DNA of 64,000 nt. Origin: Actinomycetota bacterium (GTDB lineage: Bacteria; Actinomycetota; Actinomycetes; S36-B12; UBA5976). The stretch lies in contig WLPX01000003.1 of assembly GCA_009698575.1 (NCBI GenBank), forward strand, positions 36,310 to 100,309, given 5' to 3'. Positions 1 through 14,563 of this stretch are shown piece by piece. Below the pieces are notes generated by a model. That model was not told the DNA's origin, did no database searches, and saw nothing but the letters and a program-made list of their open reading frames with translations. A program made the position numbers and the translations under genes. Each line of letters begins with the position of its first letter. The stretch's first letter is position 1.

Positions 1-101
1 ATGCGATCTAGGTGAGCCTTTGCAACTTCTACTGCGGAAACTTCTCCCGAGGAAACTAGGCCCGCAAGTTCCGAGGCATCTTTACGTATGAGGTCAGACA
101 C
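1..101 (-). CDS. gatA: Glu/Asp-tRNA amidotransferase subunit A, N-terminal fragment (continues beyond window)
   Basis: Not in the ORF track. Minus-strand translation from GTG at 101 gives VSDLIRKDASELAGLVSSGEVSAVEVAKAHLDRI, a typical GatA N-terminus. It starts 2 nt after the gatC stop. Confidence 0.7.
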   Translation of the reverse strand, partial: MSDLIRKDASELAGLVSSGEVSAVEVAKAHLDR

Positions 102-103
102 TG

Positions 104-400
104 CTACTCCTCATCCAAAATGCGTGGGACTCGGAAACGTTCGTCTTCTACTGCTGGTGCGCCAGATAGCGCTTGCGCCGCTGTTAACGAAACTCCTGGA
201 ATATCCTCACGAAAAACATTTGTCATCGGAACTGGGTGGCTCATGGCTGGCACATCTGAAGTATCCAGGCTGGATACCTGCGCGACCGCATCCAAAATCG
301 CACCGAGCTGATCGGCGTAATGACCAAGCTGATCTGCTGGAATGCTAATTCGAGCCAAGTGCGCCAAGTGCGCAACGTCGTCTTGCGAAATTCCGGACAT
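104..400 (-). CDS. gatC: Glu/Asp-tRNA amidotransferase subunit C
   Basis: 98 aa with the GatC-like sequence ISQDDVAHLAHLARISIPADQL...VPRILDEE. Sits directly upstream of the gatA fragment. Confidence 0.9.
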   Translation of the reverse strand: MSGISQDDVAHLAHLARISIPADQLGHYADQLGAILDAVAQVSSLDTSDVPAMSHPVPMTNVFREDIPGVSLTAAQALSGAPAVEDERFRVPRILDEE

Positions 401-440
401 GGCTTAATTCTATTGGGAATTGGCCGAATGAGATTTCGCG

Positions 441-3582
<3,142 letters not shown>

Positions 3583-3583
<1 letters not shown>

Positions 3584-4671
3584 TATACGGATGCCGATCG
3601 GCGCGAGCGAGAAATTGTCGCACTGCCAATAACGCGAGTGCCGTCATACATAACTGCGGCTTGACCGGCAGCTAACCCACGCAAGTGTTCATCAAGTTGA
3701 ATTGTTACCAGCTCATCGCCAATGTGAACTGAGGCTGGCAAGGCTTCCCCATGTGCGCGAATCTGCACATGAATTCTGCTGCCATTAGCGGGAATTGGGC
3801 CTGACCACCGAGGCTTGATTGCTTCGATCAAATCAATATCTAGTAATACCGGTGGTCCAACCATGACAACATTGTTTTTTACATCAACATCAACTACATA
3901 GCGTCGTTCACCATCACCAGTTGGATTCCCCAATGCCAGCCCACGTCGTTGACCAACAGTAAAGGCATGCGCACCTGCGTGCGTTCCAACTTTGTTCCCA
4001 GTTTCAGCGTCGATAACTTCACCAGGTACCGATTCAATTTGGCGCGAAAGCCAACCAGCAGTATCGCCATCAGGAATAAAACAAATATCATGACTATCAG
4101 GCTTAGCTGCTACCAAAATTCCGCGACGATCAGCTTCGGCGCGAACTTCAACTTTAGTGCTGTCGCCTAGCGGGAACATTGAATAGGAAATTTGCTCAGC
4201 TGTTAAAACACCCAGTACGTAAGACTGATCTTTAAGTGGATCTACCGCGCGATGGAGTTCGGCACCATTTGGTCCTTGGAAAATCTGCGCATAATGGCCC
4301 GTACAAACCGCATCAAAGCCAAGTGCCATGGCACGATCTAAAACTGCCTCGAACTTTATGCTCTCGTTGCAACGTAGGCATGGGTTTGGTGTGCGACCAG
4401 CAGCATACTCTGAAATAAAGTCTTCGATAACTTTTTCCTGAAATTCCGAAGATAGATCCCATACATAAAATGGTGCACCGAGCATATCTGCGGCGCGAAA
4501 TGCGTCGTTGGAATCTTCGATTGTGCAGCAACCTCTAGCGCCTGTTCGATGTGACTGCGGATTGCGCGACAACGCCAAGTGAACTGCGGTTACGTCATGG
4601 CCAGCATCAACAGCTCGTGCTGCTGCAACTGCCGAATCAACGCCACCAGAAAGGGCGGCTAGTACTCGCAT
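3583..4671 (-). CDS. mnmA: tRNA 2-thiouridine(34) synthase
   Basis: 362 aa. PP-loop [17 protein letters not shown] and conserved CLRCN motif. Confidence 0.93.
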
Positions 4672-5861
4672 CAGACACGCACCGGCGCTGTTGTAATTTT
4701 TGGAACGCCAGCGCGCTTAGCCCGATCGATGGCACTTGGTAACGCGTTGATTAAGGCATCGACATCGGCTTGCGTTGAATCTGGGCCAAGTGTGAATCGC
4801 AAAGTGCTGCGAGCTGCATCTTCATCTGCGCCCATCCCCAGTAATACATGTGACGGTTGCGGCACACCAGCGCTACAAGCTGAACCAACTGAGCATTCAA
4901 CACCTTGAGCATCAAGCAGCATCAGAAGTGAATCTCCCAAGCAACCTGGAAATACAAAGTGCGCATTATTAGCAAGTCGGTCGGTAACCGAGCCGTTGTA
5001 AATTGCATCGGGAGCAATTTCTCGAACGCGGCGAACTAAATCATCTCGAAGTGCACTTACTCTTGCAACAGTTTCTACTTTTCGTGCGGAAGTAATTTCA
5101 AGTGCAGTTGCAAATCCCACAATGGCTGGAGCATCTAATGTGCCGGAACGAACGTCACGTTCTTGGCCACCACCATGGATGAGTGGTGTGACATGACAGT
5201 CTCTACTTATAACTAATGCGCCAATGCCGTGTGGTCCGCCGACTTTATGTCCCGAAACGCTCATCGCGCAAACGCCAAGTTGTGAAAAGTTAACTTCAAG
5301 CCAAGCTGGGGCTTGCACAGCATCAGTATGGAAGCGAATTCCAAATTCGCGAGTAACTGCAGTTAGCGCAGCAATGTCGTTAATAGTTCCAACTTCATTG
5401 TTAGCCAGAATGATGCTGACTAGTCCAACATCAGTTGGATCTTCACCTAATGCGCTACGCAATGCATCCGGCGTAATCTGTCCGAAGGAATCAGGCTTAA
5501 CCCAAGTAACTTCAAAACCTTCAGATTCGCCCAACCAGCGAACTGGATCCATCACGGCATGATGTTCTACTGCGCTTGTGATTATTCGATTGCGACGCGG
5601 ATCCCGATTTCGCTGATCCCAAGCAATTCCTTTAACGCCAATATTGTTGGCTTCAGTTCCACCAGCAGTAAATACCACCTCGGCTGAACTGCAACCCAAT
5701 GATCTGGCAACGCGCTCGCGGGATTCTTCAACAAGTCTTCGCGCTTTTCGGCCCGAGGCATGCAAAGAAGACGGGTTACCCGGTTTACCCAGCAACTCGG
5801 TCATGGCCGCAACGGCCTCCGGAAGCATTGGGGTCGTTGCAGCGTGATCTAAATACGCCAT
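4671..5861 (-). CDS. iscS: Cysteine desulfurase (NifS/IscS class V aminotransferase)
   Basis: 396 aa. PLP-lysine motif [16 protein letters not shown] and C-terminal catalytic GSACSAG. Confidence 0.9.
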   Translation of the reverse strand: MAYLDHAATTPMLPEAVAAMTELLGKPGNPSSLHASGRKARRLVEESRERVARSLGCSSAEVVFTAGGTEANNIGVKGIAWDQRNRDPRRNRIITSAVEHHAVMDPVRWLGESEGFEVTWVKPDSFGQITPDALRSALGEDPTDVGLVSIILANNEVGTINDIAALTAVTREFGIRFHTDAVQAPAWLEVNFSQLGVCAMSVSGHKVGGPHGIGALVISRDCHVTPLIHGGGQERDVRSGTLDAPAIVGFATALEITSARKVETVARVSALRDDLVRRVREIAPDAIYNGSVTDRLANNAHFVFPGCLGDSLLMLLDAQGVECSVGSACSAGVPQPSHVLLGMGADEDAARSTLRFTLGPDSTQADVDALINALPSAIDRAKRAGVPKITTAPVRV

Positions 5862-5930
5862 ATCCCCAGTCTAGATGAGTTAACGAATACTTGAGTTTTC
5901 AGAAAAATCAGAAAACCCTTAGTTTGTGGG

Positions 5931-6884
5931 TTACTTACGTGCCTTTACCCGAGTTGTCAGATCTGGGACCACGGAATGTAGGTCGCCAACAACACCAAAG
6001 TCAGCCAAGTCAAAGATTGGCGCATCTGGATCCTTATTTACAACCACTACAGTCTTTGAAGTTTGCATGCCGGCGCGATGTTGAATGGCCCCAGAAATTC
6101 CATTTGCTACATAGAGCTGCGGGGAAACGGTTTTACCAGTTTGCCCAACTTGGAACTGATGCGGGTACCAACCAGCATCTGTAGCAGCGCGTGATGCACC
6201 AACGGCAGCGCCGAGTGCATCGGCCAGTGGCTCGATCACGCTTGCAAAACCAGCGTCACTGCCAACACCACGTCCACCCGAAACGACGATCGCAGCTTCG
6301 GAAAGATCTGGACGACCACTCTTTTGCACTGAAACACGATTTACTACTTTTGTGGAACCGGCGACTGCGCTAATTTCAACGGCCACGTCGACACGAGTTG
6401 CTGTGCCACCCGACTGCACTGGTGCAATTGAATTTGTCCGAACAGTAATGATCGGTGTTCCTTTAGAAACTTTGGAATGCACAATTGTTGCGCCACCAAA
6501 TACGTTTTGAGTTGCAATCGCATCAGCTGAGACTGCAACAGCATCAGTGATCACGCCAGAGTCAACAGCAATTGCAAGTCGGCCAGCAATTTCTTTACCG
6601 TCTGCGGAAGATGGAATCAACACAGCATCTGGTGATTTTTCAGCCACCAACTTCGCCAAAACATCAACCGTTGGAACCACAACGTGATCCAACATGGCTT
6701 GGCCATCAGCGACATAAACTACTTTGGCTCCATGGTCACCCAGCGTGGCAATTGCCGCATCTGCGCCAGGTCCAACAAAAACTGCGCTTGGTTCACCAAT
6801 GCCAGCAGCCATAGCTAGAAGTTCGAGTGACACCTTTTTAATGGTGCCTTCGGAATGCTCAACGAGAACTAATACTTCAGACAT
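5931..6884 (-). CDS. etfA: Electron transfer flavoprotein alpha subunit
   Basis: 317 aa with FAD-binding C-terminal half (YVANGISGAIQHRAGM). Paired with etfB. Confidence 0.93.
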   Translation of the reverse strand: MSEVLVLVEHSEGTIKKVSLELLAMAAGIGEPSAVFVGPGADAAIATLGDHGAKVVYVADGQAMLDHVVVPTVDVLAKLVAEKSPDAVLIPSSADGKEIAGRLAIAVDSGVITDAVAVSADAIATQNVFGGATIVHSKVSKGTPIITVRTNSIAPVQSGGTATRVDVAVEISAVAGSTKVVNRVSVQKSGRPDLSEAAIVVSGGRGVGSDAGFASVIEPLADALGAAVGASRAATDAGWYPHQFQVGQTGKTVSPQLYVANGISGAIQHRAGMQTSKTVVVVNKDPDAPIFDLADFGVVGDLHSVVPDLTTRVKARK

Positions 6885-6892
6885 TGCGACTC

Positions 6893-7678
6893 CTATATGA
6901 ACTTCTGTGTGACAAGGAATTCTTCAATTTTTTCAGCGCCATTACCTTCATCAGTAATTACTGTGCCCTTTGCTTTAGCAGGACGTTCTGCAAAGTCTTT
7001 GACTTCACTCCAAGCGTTAGCCAGACCTACAGTTGCCGCATCAAGTCCAAGATCCGAAAGACTCAAAGTTTCCATCGGTGCTTTCTTAGCAGCCATGATG
7101 TTTTTAAATGATGGGTAGCGTGGTTCATTGGTTTTTTCAACCACGGAAACTACGGCAGGAAGTGTTGATTGAACTTCGTCATAGCCATAGTCAGTTACTC
7201 GATGAATAGTAAGGTTCGAGCCAGATACTTCTACCTTGTTTGCAAAAGTCATCTGTGGCAGACCCAAACGAGCGGCAACCATTGCGGGCACCACGCTCAT
7301 GCGCGCGTCAGTTGATTCGGAACCGAAAATTATTAAATCAAAGCCGCGGCCTTCGATGGCTTTAGCTAGCACCAAGGAAGTTGCCAAAGCATCAGATCCG
7401 TAAAGCGCTGGATCACTGACGTGAATTCCAGCGTGTGCGCCCATCGAAATTGCCTTACGAACACTGTCGGCAGCTTCGTCAGGACCCATGGAAAGAATTG
7501 TTACTTCACCTTCGCCGGCTTCAATAATGCGAAGTGCTTCTTCGACCGCATACTCATCGAGTTCATTTACGACTCGATCCGCGGCAGCGCGATCCAGCGT
7601 GCTATCTCCAGCAGTTAGCTTCTTTTCGGCCCAACTATCTGGAACTTGCTTTACGCAGACACAAATCTTCACTTGCAC
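6893..7678 (-). CDS. etfB: Electron transfer flavoprotein beta subunit
   Basis: 261 aa, starts MQVKICVCVKQVPD, a typical EtfB N-terminus. Confidence 0.93.
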   Translation of the reverse strand: MQVKICVCVKQVPDSWAEKKLTAGDSTLDRAAADRVVNELDEYAVEEALRIIEAGEGEVTILSMGPDEAADSVRKAISMGAHAGIHVSDPALYGSDALATSLVLAKAIEGRGFDLIIFGSESTDARMSVVPAMVAARLGLPQMTFANKVEVSGSNLTIHRVTDYGYDEVQSTLPAVVSVVEKTNEPRYPSFKNIMAAKKAPMETLSLSDLGLDAATVGLANAWSEVKDFAERPAKAKGTVITDEGNGAEKIEEFLVTQKFI

Positions 7679-7828
7679 TCCTTATGTACTTGAGAAAGAG
7701 CCTTGCATTGGCGGCGAATTACTACAATCTCTGGTGCTGTGAGATTGGATACAATCCGTATTTACCTAGCCTAACCCCTTTAACGGCAAGCGCTATTTGG
7801 GGGGCTCCCAAGCCAATGGCCTGTGAGA

Positions 7829-8602
7829 TTAAGAGAAATCTGCCTTACCTGGACCATTTTCGACGAAGGACTTCATGCCAACCTTCTGGTCATTGGTGTC
7901 GAACTGGCCAGCGAATAGTCCCTGCTCCATAACCAAACCATCCGAAAGCAATTGTTCGCCGCCCTTGTCGATTCCGCGCTTTGCTGCCTTCAGGGCGGTG
8001 ACTGGACCGGTGCCATAAAGATTGGCAAGCTCCATAGCGCGCTTTAACACATCACTTGAATCAACAACTTCATTTACTAAGCCAAGAGTTAGTGCTTCGT
8101 CAGCATCTACGCGTCGTCCAGTGAAAATTAGATCTTTCGCGCGAGATGGTCCAATCAAGCGAGCAAGTCGCTGCGTGCCACCGCCACCAGGAATGATGCC
8201 AAGCAAGATTTCCGGTTGACCCATTACCGCATTCGAAGCAGCGATTCTAAAGTCACAACTCAATGCAAGTTCCAGGCCGCCGCCGAGGGCGTATCCAGTT
8301 ATTGCGGCAATCGTTGGAACCGGAATGTCACCAACAGCATTGAAGCAAGCTTGCAATCCAGGAGTTTCGCGCCGAGCAACTTCGCCATTCCAGTCGATCA
8401 TTTCTTTAATGTCCGCACCAGCTGCAAAAGTACGGTCGCCACCATAAATGACTACTGCACGCACGTCATCCGAGGCTGAAACTTCCAAGGCAACTGCTTT
8501 GATCTCTTCTTGCATGGCCCGATTTAGTACGTTCATTTTCGGACGATCTAGATGGATAACGGCAATCCGCTCTTGGCGTTCAACTCTGATAAATTCATAC
8601 AC
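7829..8602 (-). CDS. Enoyl-CoA hydratase (crotonase family)
   Basis: 257 aa. Crotonase motifs FAAGADIKEM and GYALGGGLELALSCD. Confidence 0.9.
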   Translation of the reverse strand: MYEFIRVERQERIAVIHLDRPKMNVLNRAMQEEIKAVALEVSASDDVRAVVIYGGDRTFAAGADIKEMIDWNGEVARRETPGLQACFNAVGDIPVPTIAAITGYALGGGLELALSCDFRIAASNAVMGQPEILLGIIPGGGGTQRLARLIGPSRAKDLIFTGRRVDADEALTLGLVNEVVDSSDVLKRAMELANLYGTGPVTALKAAKRGIDKGGEQLLSDGLVMEQGLFAGQFDTNDQKVGMKSFVENGPGKADFS

Positions 8603-8654
8603 AACTCAAGCCTAGCCAGAGGTTAGGTGACAGTAAAACTTGGTTAAAAAGTGG

Positions 8655-9596
8655 CTAGAAGAGTGCGTTAGTTAGTGCGCTTCGACCCTTAACAACTGCA
8701 GGGTCGGCTGGTCCAGCAATTTCAAATAGTTCTAGTAAGCGTTCTCGCGTTTGATCACGATCTTTGCCAGCGGAGTTCTTGATATGTTCAATCAAAAGCG
8801 CGAAGGCATCAAGGTACTCACCCATTAAAAAGGTGGCATCTGCTGCACGTAACACTGAATCAGTTTCTAAAGTTACAGTAGCAATATCATCCGCTAACTC
8901 GCGGCCATCTGTGCGCTGCAGTAAGTGGACATTCAACAATCCGATTTTTGCAATCGGGTCAGCCGGGCTGGCAGCCAAAATAGTTTGGTAGGCATTTACT
9001 GCAGCTGGCCAATCACCGGCTTCTAATGCGGATTCAGCCGCATCAAACCTTGGGTCACTAGGTGCCTGTCTAACTTCTTCACTTTCGGACTCCCCGACCT
9101 GACTGGAAATTCCAATTTTTTCGGCTTCAGCTAAAACTGTTTCCAGTACTTGACGTACTTGTGGTTCTGGCATGGCGCCCTGAAACATAGGTGCAACTTG
9201 TCCACCAATAACGGCGTAAACGGTTGGGATAGATTGCACCTGAAATGCTGCTGCTACTTGTGGCTCGGCATCAACATCAATTTTTGCCAGAATCCAGCGT
9301 CCGTCATATTCCAACGCGAGCTTTTCTAGAATCGGCGAAAGTTGTTTACACGGCTCGCACCAAGTAGCCCATAGATCCACTACTACTGGAACGGTCATTG
9401 ATTGGGCAATTACGTCTTGTTCAAAAGTTGCAGTGGTGACATCAATTATTAGAGAGGCTGCGATCGGATTATTTGCCCGTTCAGCTGCAACTTGGGCAGC
9501 TTTTGCTTGCGCTTCACGCGCGGCTGCTACTGCGCCCAGATCAATTGCGCCTTGCAGGTTCATATTTGATTGCGTCACATCTCTATTGTGGCGCAA
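8655..9596 (-). CDS. Thioredoxin-domain plus TPR-like co-chaperone (YbbN/CnoX-like)
   Basis: 313 aa with WCEPC thioredoxin motif followed by a helical repeat C-terminal half. The true start may be the internal MNLQGA (about 9563). Confidence 0.8.
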   Translation of the reverse strand: MRHNRDVTQSNMNLQGAIDLGAVAAAREAQAKAAQVAAERANNPIAASLIIDVTTATFEQDVIAQSMTVPVVVDLWATWCEPCKQLSPILEKLALEYDGRWILAKIDVDAEPQVAAAFQVQSIPTVYAVIGGQVAPMFQGAMPEPQVRQVLETVLAEAEKIGISSQVGESESEEVRQAPSDPRFDAAESALEAGDWPAAVNAYQTILAASPADPIAKIGLLNVHLLQRTDGRELADDIATVTLETDSVLRAADATFLMGEYLDAFALLIEHIKNSAGKDRDQTRERLLELFEIAGPADPAVVKGRSALTNALF

Positions 9597-9613
9597 ATAA
9601 TTGCAAGGTAAAA

Positions 9614-10570
9614 CTAATGCTTAGAAATACCCAGTTCTCTCAGGATCGATGTAACGGCTTCATCAGTGCTTAGGTTTCCGCTTGCCACTTGGGCACTTAA
9701 TTCATCAATTCGCGCCGAATGTAACTCGATCTGATCCGACAGTGCCGTGAGGACTGCCCGTCGCAAGCCCGTCTTAGCCCGATGCGCAACTCGCAGATCC
9801 CGACTACCCGAGGCAATCGCCCAAGTTCGATGATTCGAAATTGCCGTAACTAATTCCGGAATACCTAGACCATTAGTTGCAGTTGTTGTAACAATTTCCG
9901 GTGACCAACCAGCAGAATCACTAACACCCAGACCCAGCATGGAACGAAGTTCCCGCACTACACCTTCGGCGCCTTCTCGGTCAGCTTTATTCACGACGTA
10001 CAAATCTGCGATTTCTAAAATTCCCGCTTTAGCAGCTTGGATTCCATCGCCAGCGCCAGGTGCTAACACCAAGATCACAGTGTCCACAGCATTTACAACA
10101 TCTACTTCAGACTGGCCAACGCCAACTGTTTCTACGATCACGATATCGAAGCCGACTGCATCGAGGATTTTTGCTGCTGCCTGAGTTGCGCTAGAAAGTC
10201 CACCTAGCTGTCCGCGTGATGACATGGAGCGAATGAACACACCTTCATCAAGTGCGTGCTCCTGCATGCGAATTCGGTCGCCAAGGAGCGCTCCGCCAGT
10301 AACTGGTGATGAGGGATCGACAGCCAAGACTGCTACTCGCAAATTTTGCTTTCGGTACTCAGTGATTAATGCACCAGTTGTCGTTGACTTGCCAACTCCA
10401 GGCGGCCCGGTAATTCCTATTACTTGCGCGTTGCCGATTTTAGAACCAGCACCACTTGGGATACCTGCCAATAGTTCGCTTAAATCTGTAGCACCATCTT
10501 CAATTTCGCTTAGGACTTTACCTAGTGCACGCACATCACCAGCGATTGCGCTTTCAATTAACGGGTGCAT
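9614..10570 (-). CDS. meaB: MeaB/ArgK-type G-protein chaperone for AdoCbl-dependent mutases
   Basis: 318 aa. P-loop GITGPPGVGKST, the DRIRM motif, and NKAD. Confidence 0.88.
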   Translation of the reverse strand: MHPLIESAIAGDVRALGKVLSEIEDGATDLSELLAGIPSGAGSKIGNAQVIGITGPPGVGKSTTTGALITEYRKQNLRVAVLAVDPSSPVTGGALLGDRIRMQEHALDEGVFIRSMSSRGQLGGLSSATQAAAKILDAVGFDIVIVETVGVGQSEVDVVNAVDTVILVLAPGAGDGIQAAKAGILEIADLYVVNKADREGAEGVVRELRSMLGLGVSDSAGWSPEIVTTTATNGLGIPELVTAISNHRTWAIASGSRDLRVAHRAKTGLRRAVLTALSDQIELHSARIDELSAQVASGNLSTDEAVTSILRELGISKH

Positions 10571-10581
10571 AGCGAACCGAC

Positions 10582-11757
10582 TTACGGAACTCGAATAATA
10601 AGTGCGTCACCTTGACCGCCGCCGCCACAAAGTGCAGCCGCACCTGTGCCACCACCGCGACGCTTAAGTTCATTAGCAAGATGTAAAACGATGCGGGCTC
10701 CCGACATTCCGATTGGATGTCCAAGCGCTATTGCGCCACCGTTGACATTTACTTTTGAATCGTCGATACCAAGCTGATCCATGCTTACCAATGCAACGGA
10801 AGCAAAAGCTTCGTTCATTTCGTAAAGATCAAGACCAGCGGGATCCAAGCCAATTTTTTCAGCTGCTTTTTTGATTGCGCGAGCTGGTTGGGCAACTAGT
10901 GAGGCATCAGGACCTGCCACCATGCCATGCGAAAGAATCTCAGCTAGCACAGTTAAGCCAAGTTCAGCAGCTTTCTTTTCACTCATAACAATTACTGCGG
11001 CGGCGCCATCGCTAATTTGTGATGATGAACCTGCAGTTATGGTGCCATTCGCATCAAAGGCTGGGCGGAGTTTGCCTAAGGATTCAGATGTGGTTTCCGT
11101 GCGGATACCTTCGTCGGTCGCAAACATGATTGGATCACCTTTGCGCTGTGGAATCGCGACTGGCACAATTTCATCGTCAAATAGGCCGGCTGCGTGCGCC
11201 GAAGCAGCTCGTTGATGTGACTTGGCGGAAAATTCGTCTTGGCGTTCGCGGGAAATCTTGGCGTTCGCAGTGTATTTATCTGTGGCTTCACCCATACCGA
11301 GTTGATCGATAGCGCAGAACAAGCCATCAAATGCCATGGTGTCTTTCAGCGTCCAGTCGCCGTACTTCATTCCTTCTCGACTGCCGACAAGTACATGTGG
11401 TGAATTTGTCATGCTCTCCATGCCACCAGCAACAACTACATCTGCTTCACCGGAACGGATCAATTGATCTGCCATTGCAATCGCGTTAATTCCAGAAAGG
11501 CATACTTTATTAATGCTGATTGCCGGCACGTCCAGGCCGATTCCTGCTTTAATTGCGGCTTGGCGCGCAGGCATTTGGCCAGCTCCGGCCTGCAAAACAT
11601 GTCCCATGATTACGTAATCAACATCAGATGCTGACACCCCGGACTTAGCTAAGGCACCTTTGATTGCCACCGCGCCAAGCTCAACAGCGGATACATCTTT
11701 TAGTGAACCCAGCAATCGACCGATTCCAGTGCGAGCACCACCAACTATGACGGACAT
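10582..11757 (-). CDS. Acetyl-CoA C-acetyltransferase (thiolase II)
   Basis: 391 aa. Active-site [24 protein letters not shown] and CGGGGQG motifs. Confidence 0.93.
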   Translation of the reverse strand: MSVIVGGARTGIGRLLGSLKDVSAVELGAVAIKGALAKSGVSASDVDYVIMGHVLQAGAGQMPARQAAIKAGIGLDVPAISINKVCLSGINAIAMADQLIRSGEADVVVAGGMESMTNSPHVLVGSREGMKYGDWTLKDTMAFDGLFCAIDQLGMGEATDKYTANAKISRERQDEFSAKSHQRAASAHAAGLFDDEIVPVAIPQRKGDPIMFATDEGIRTETTSESLGKLRPAFDANGTITAGSSSQISDGAAAVIVMSEKKAAELGLTVLAEILSHGMVAGPDASLVAQPARAIKKAAEKIGLDPAGLDLYEMNEAFASVALVSMDQLGIDDSKVNVNGGAIALGHPIGMSGARIVLHLANELKRRGGGTGAAALCGGGGQGDALIIRVP

Positions 11758-11821
11758 GAAGTACCTTTCAGGTTAAGAGATTAGGGGCACAAAGTCCCTT
11801 ACAGTCACCTTAGCGATATGC

Positions 11822-12298
11822 TTGTCACAAGAAAGAATCCACCCAATGAATGCGGGGAATTTCATGGCCACTGTCAGCCAAGCCCTTGGCGAAACATTGC
11901 TGGGAATCGACCATGTTGGACTCGCAGTTCCAGACTTGGATGCTGCGATCACTCGATGGTCCCAGACTTTTGGCCTCGAGGTATCCCATCGTGAAATTAA
12001 TGAATCCCAAGGTATCGAAGAAGCGATGCTAGATCTGGCAGATGGCTCGCGCATTCAATTGCTGGCCCCATTGAATTCAGATTCAACTATTGCAAAATTT
12101 CTAGACCGCAATGGTGAAGGCATTCAACAACTTGCATTTCGAGTTACTGACATTAATGCAGCAATGGCAGCAGTCCTTAGCGCTGGGATGCGATTGATTT
12201 ATCCTGAATCAAGAATTGGCACTGCTGGCTCGGCAATAAATTTTGTTCATCCAAAAGATACTGGTGGCGTGTTAGTCGAATTAGTGCAATTGCCTTAA
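11822..12298 (+). CDS. mce: Methylmalonyl-CoA epimerase (VOC/glyoxalase fold)
   Basis: Core IDHVGLAVPDLDAAI...GIQQLAFRV...GGVLVELVQ. The start is probably an internal Met (MNAGNF or MATVSQ). Confidence 0.8.
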   Translation: MSQERIHPMNAGNFMATVSQALGETLLGIDHVGLAVPDLDAAITRWSQTFGLEVSHREINESQGIEEAMLDLADGSRIQLLAPLNSDSTIAKFLDRNGEGIQQLAFRVTDINAAMAAVLSAGMRLIYPESRIGTAGSAINFVHPKDTGGVLVELVQLP

Positions 12299-13053
12299 TT
12301 GCAAGTCGAGTTATCTTTTAAGTCGTCCCAGCGAGTCATTTCGCCATCCCAATTCCAACTGAGCTCTGGCATTTCAGGTCTGATTTTTTTAAGCGCTAAG
12401 TTCCATGCGATCCGGACAAACTTTTCACCAACCCAGAGATGGCGACATTCTGGAATTGCAACAACTTCGCACTGCGCGACCACTGCAAACTTCTCCTTCG
12501 CTTCAGGTGGTTTTAAGTAATCATCAAGTTCGGGAACTAATGCCAGCAATGGGCGCATTGAATCAGTCCAAGATTGCAAATGCTCTGCCGTACTCCACAT
12601 CAAAGGTGGACTAAATAAAACTGCGCCTTGCACTGGATCAACATTTCCATGCATTAATGTCACATCAGTTCCAAATGACCAGCCAACTAACCAAATGTTT
12701 TCTAGTCCCCGTGACTTAGCAAATTCCAAAGCGGCCGCTAAATCCAATCCTTCAGCTATTCCTTTGTCGTACTCCCCTTCGCTTCGGCCAGCTTTGCTAC
12801 AAGTTCCGCGAGTATTCCAGCGCAAAATTGCTACGTCAGCTAACGCAGGAAGTCGCCAGGCCGCTTTCTTGAACAGGTGGCTGTCCATCATGCCACCGCC
12901 AGTTGGATTTGGATGAAGTAACAATATTGTGGCTTTTGGTGCTCCGGAAATTGGCATTGCCAATTCACCGACTAACTTCAGGCCATCAGAAGTCGTTAAG
13001 GTAATGGCTTCCCGGTTTGCGGGAAGCACGCTATTTGAAACTAAATCTGCCAC
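12295..13053 (-). CDS. Alpha/beta hydrolase
   Basis: 252 aa with nucleophile elbow GWSFG. Its stop overlaps the mce stop convergently (TTAA). Confidence 0.7.
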   Translation of the reverse strand: MADLVSNSVLPANREAITLTTSDGLKLVGELAMPISGAPKATILLLHPNPTGGGMMDSHLFKKAAWRLPALADVAILRWNTRGTCSKAGRSEGEYDKGIAEGLDLAAALEFAKSRGLENIWLVGWSFGTDVTLMHGNVDPVQGAVLFSPPLMWSTAEHLQSWTDSMRPLLALVPELDDYLKPPEAKEKFAVVAQCEVVAIPECRHLWVGEKFVRIAWNLALKKIRPEMPELSWNWDGEMTRWDDLKDNSTCN

Positions 13054-13325
13054 TAGTACCTACTTGGCGTTCTACGTTTCCAGCACGCGGTATGCCAATG
13101 GCGCCGATCTTCGGCAGAGTAATCAATATTCCAAGCAACAATATGTGCGGTTCCAGGTTGAATTTCTCCTTGGCAGCCCGGGCACCTATAAACCTTCACC
13201 GAAGTTTCACCAGTGAGCGAAGTTACTTTCCATTCCCCATCGGAATGATTTTCGGTGCGGGCGAAATTGCCAAGTTTGAGCTCAGGTGGCTCTTGGTCTG
13301 ACTCTCTGCGATTTCGGCGGCCCAT
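13053..13325 (-). CDS. Small conserved actinobacterial protein with CPGC zinc-ribbon-like motif
   Basis: 90 aa containing YRCPGCQGEI...HWHTACW. No function can be assigned from sequence. Confidence 0.55.
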   Translation of the reverse strand: MGRRNRRESDQEPPELKLGNFARTENHSDGEWKVTSLTGETSVKVYRCPGCQGEIQPGTAHIVAWNIDYSAEDRRHWHTACWKRRTPSRY

Positions 13326-13356
13326 GGGTTAAGTCTAAGTTCAATTCCTAGAATTA

Positions 13357-14478
13357 CTAGAACGCCAGCGGTTGATAGTCCGTTACCCCACTGCGTTGTG
13401 CAAGTTCGGCTTGGGCAGCTCTAACTGATTCAATTCCCATGCTGTCTATTACTTCAAATGGACCTTGCGGTAATCCACACCCTAGACGCATGCCAGAGTC
13501 GATATCAGATTTAGCTGCATAGCCTGTTGCTTCCATTGCAATGCAATCGCCAAGATACGCAATGAGCAAGTCATTATGAATCTGCTTTTTTACGGATTCG
13601 TTTGAATCTGTAGGGATTTGGGCTGACTGAGAGTAATCATAAAATCCGGCACCAGACTTACGACCTTTATGTCCAGCAGCAACGAGCTCAACCATTCCTA
13701 CGGCTGGTTTATCAATTTCAAGACCAGTATCAGCATGAATAGTTTTTAAAATTTCTACGCAAGTATCGATACCAATTAGATCCAACAGTTCGCAAGGCCC
13801 CATTGGATAGTTCGAAAGTTCGCGCATCGCTGCATCAATTTGTTCTTTGGTACCTTGTCCCGAATCCAGGATCTGAACTGCATGATTCAAATACCGCAGC
13901 AGGAGTTTATTAACAATGAATCCTGGTTGATCAGAAATTTGCGCTAGATGTTTTCCTAGAGATGTACCAAGTTCGGCGATTTGGGCAACAACTTTTGGAT
14001 CAGACTTTGCAGTTGAAATTACTTCAACAAATTTTTGTACCGGTGCGGGATTAAAGAAGTGCATACCAACAACTTGCGCTGGTCGGTTTGTCGCATGTGC
14101 GATGTCAGTTACCGAAAGGCTTGAGGTGTTTGTAGCTAGAATTCCGGCTGGCTTTACGACCGCATCTAACTGACGAAATATTTGAGTCTTTAACGACAAA
14201 ATTTCCGGCGCTGCTTCAATAACTAGATCGCAATTCGCTAGTAGGGAGAAATCTTCTCCAAAAATTACGCGGGCAGTAATTTCATCACTTTCATCTTGGG
14301 TTAATTTTTCCTTGGTAACTGCGCGCCCTAAAGACTTAGCTAAGTTCGACTGACCAGCTGTAACTGCCGGTCCAGATTCTGCAACACCGGTTACTGCGTA
14401 GCCTGCTCGCGCAAAAACTTCCACGATTCCGGCACCCATAATGCCCAGTCCAACTACCCCAATTTGCTTAAAGCTCAT
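13357..14478 (-). CDS. 3-hydroxyacyl-CoA dehydrogenase with duplicated C-terminal domain
   Basis: The Rossmann motif VVGLGIMGAGI follows MSFKQIG, so the likely start is 14478 (longest ORF starts at 14529). HFFNPAP motif present. A second C-terminal dimerisation-like domain follows. Confidence 0.85.
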   Translation of the reverse strand: MSFKQIGVVGLGIMGAGIVEVFARAGYAVTGVAESGPAVTAGQSNLAKSLGRAVTKEKLTQDESDEITARVIFGEDFSLLANCDLVIEAAPEILSLKTQIFRQLDAVVKPAGILATNTSSLSVTDIAHATNRPAQVVGMHFFNPAPVQKFVEVISTAKSDPKVVAQIAELGTSLGKHLAQISDQPGFIVNKLLLRYLNHAVQILDSGQGTKEQIDAAMRELSNYPMGPCELLDLIGIDTCVEILKTIHADTGLEIDKPAVGMVELVAAGHKGRKSGAGFYDYSQSAQIPTDSNESVKKQIHNDLLIAYLGDCIAMEATGYAAKSDIDSGMRLGCGLPQGPFEVIDSMGIESVRAAQAELAQRSGVTDYQPLAF

Positions 14479-14563
14479 GTCCCTAGTCTGGCAGATACAG
14501 AAGTTACTGCAGTCAGCGCTGCTAGCCATAGCGCCGTTGCATTGATTACGGCAGAATCATTAC

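Noticed and set aside
7679-7828. 10-bp direct repeat CTGTGAGATT (about 7737 and about 7821) in the etfB / enoyl-CoA hydratase spacer
   Set aside because: There are only two copies of a short word in a 150-bp spacer with no associated structure, so it is compatible with chance.
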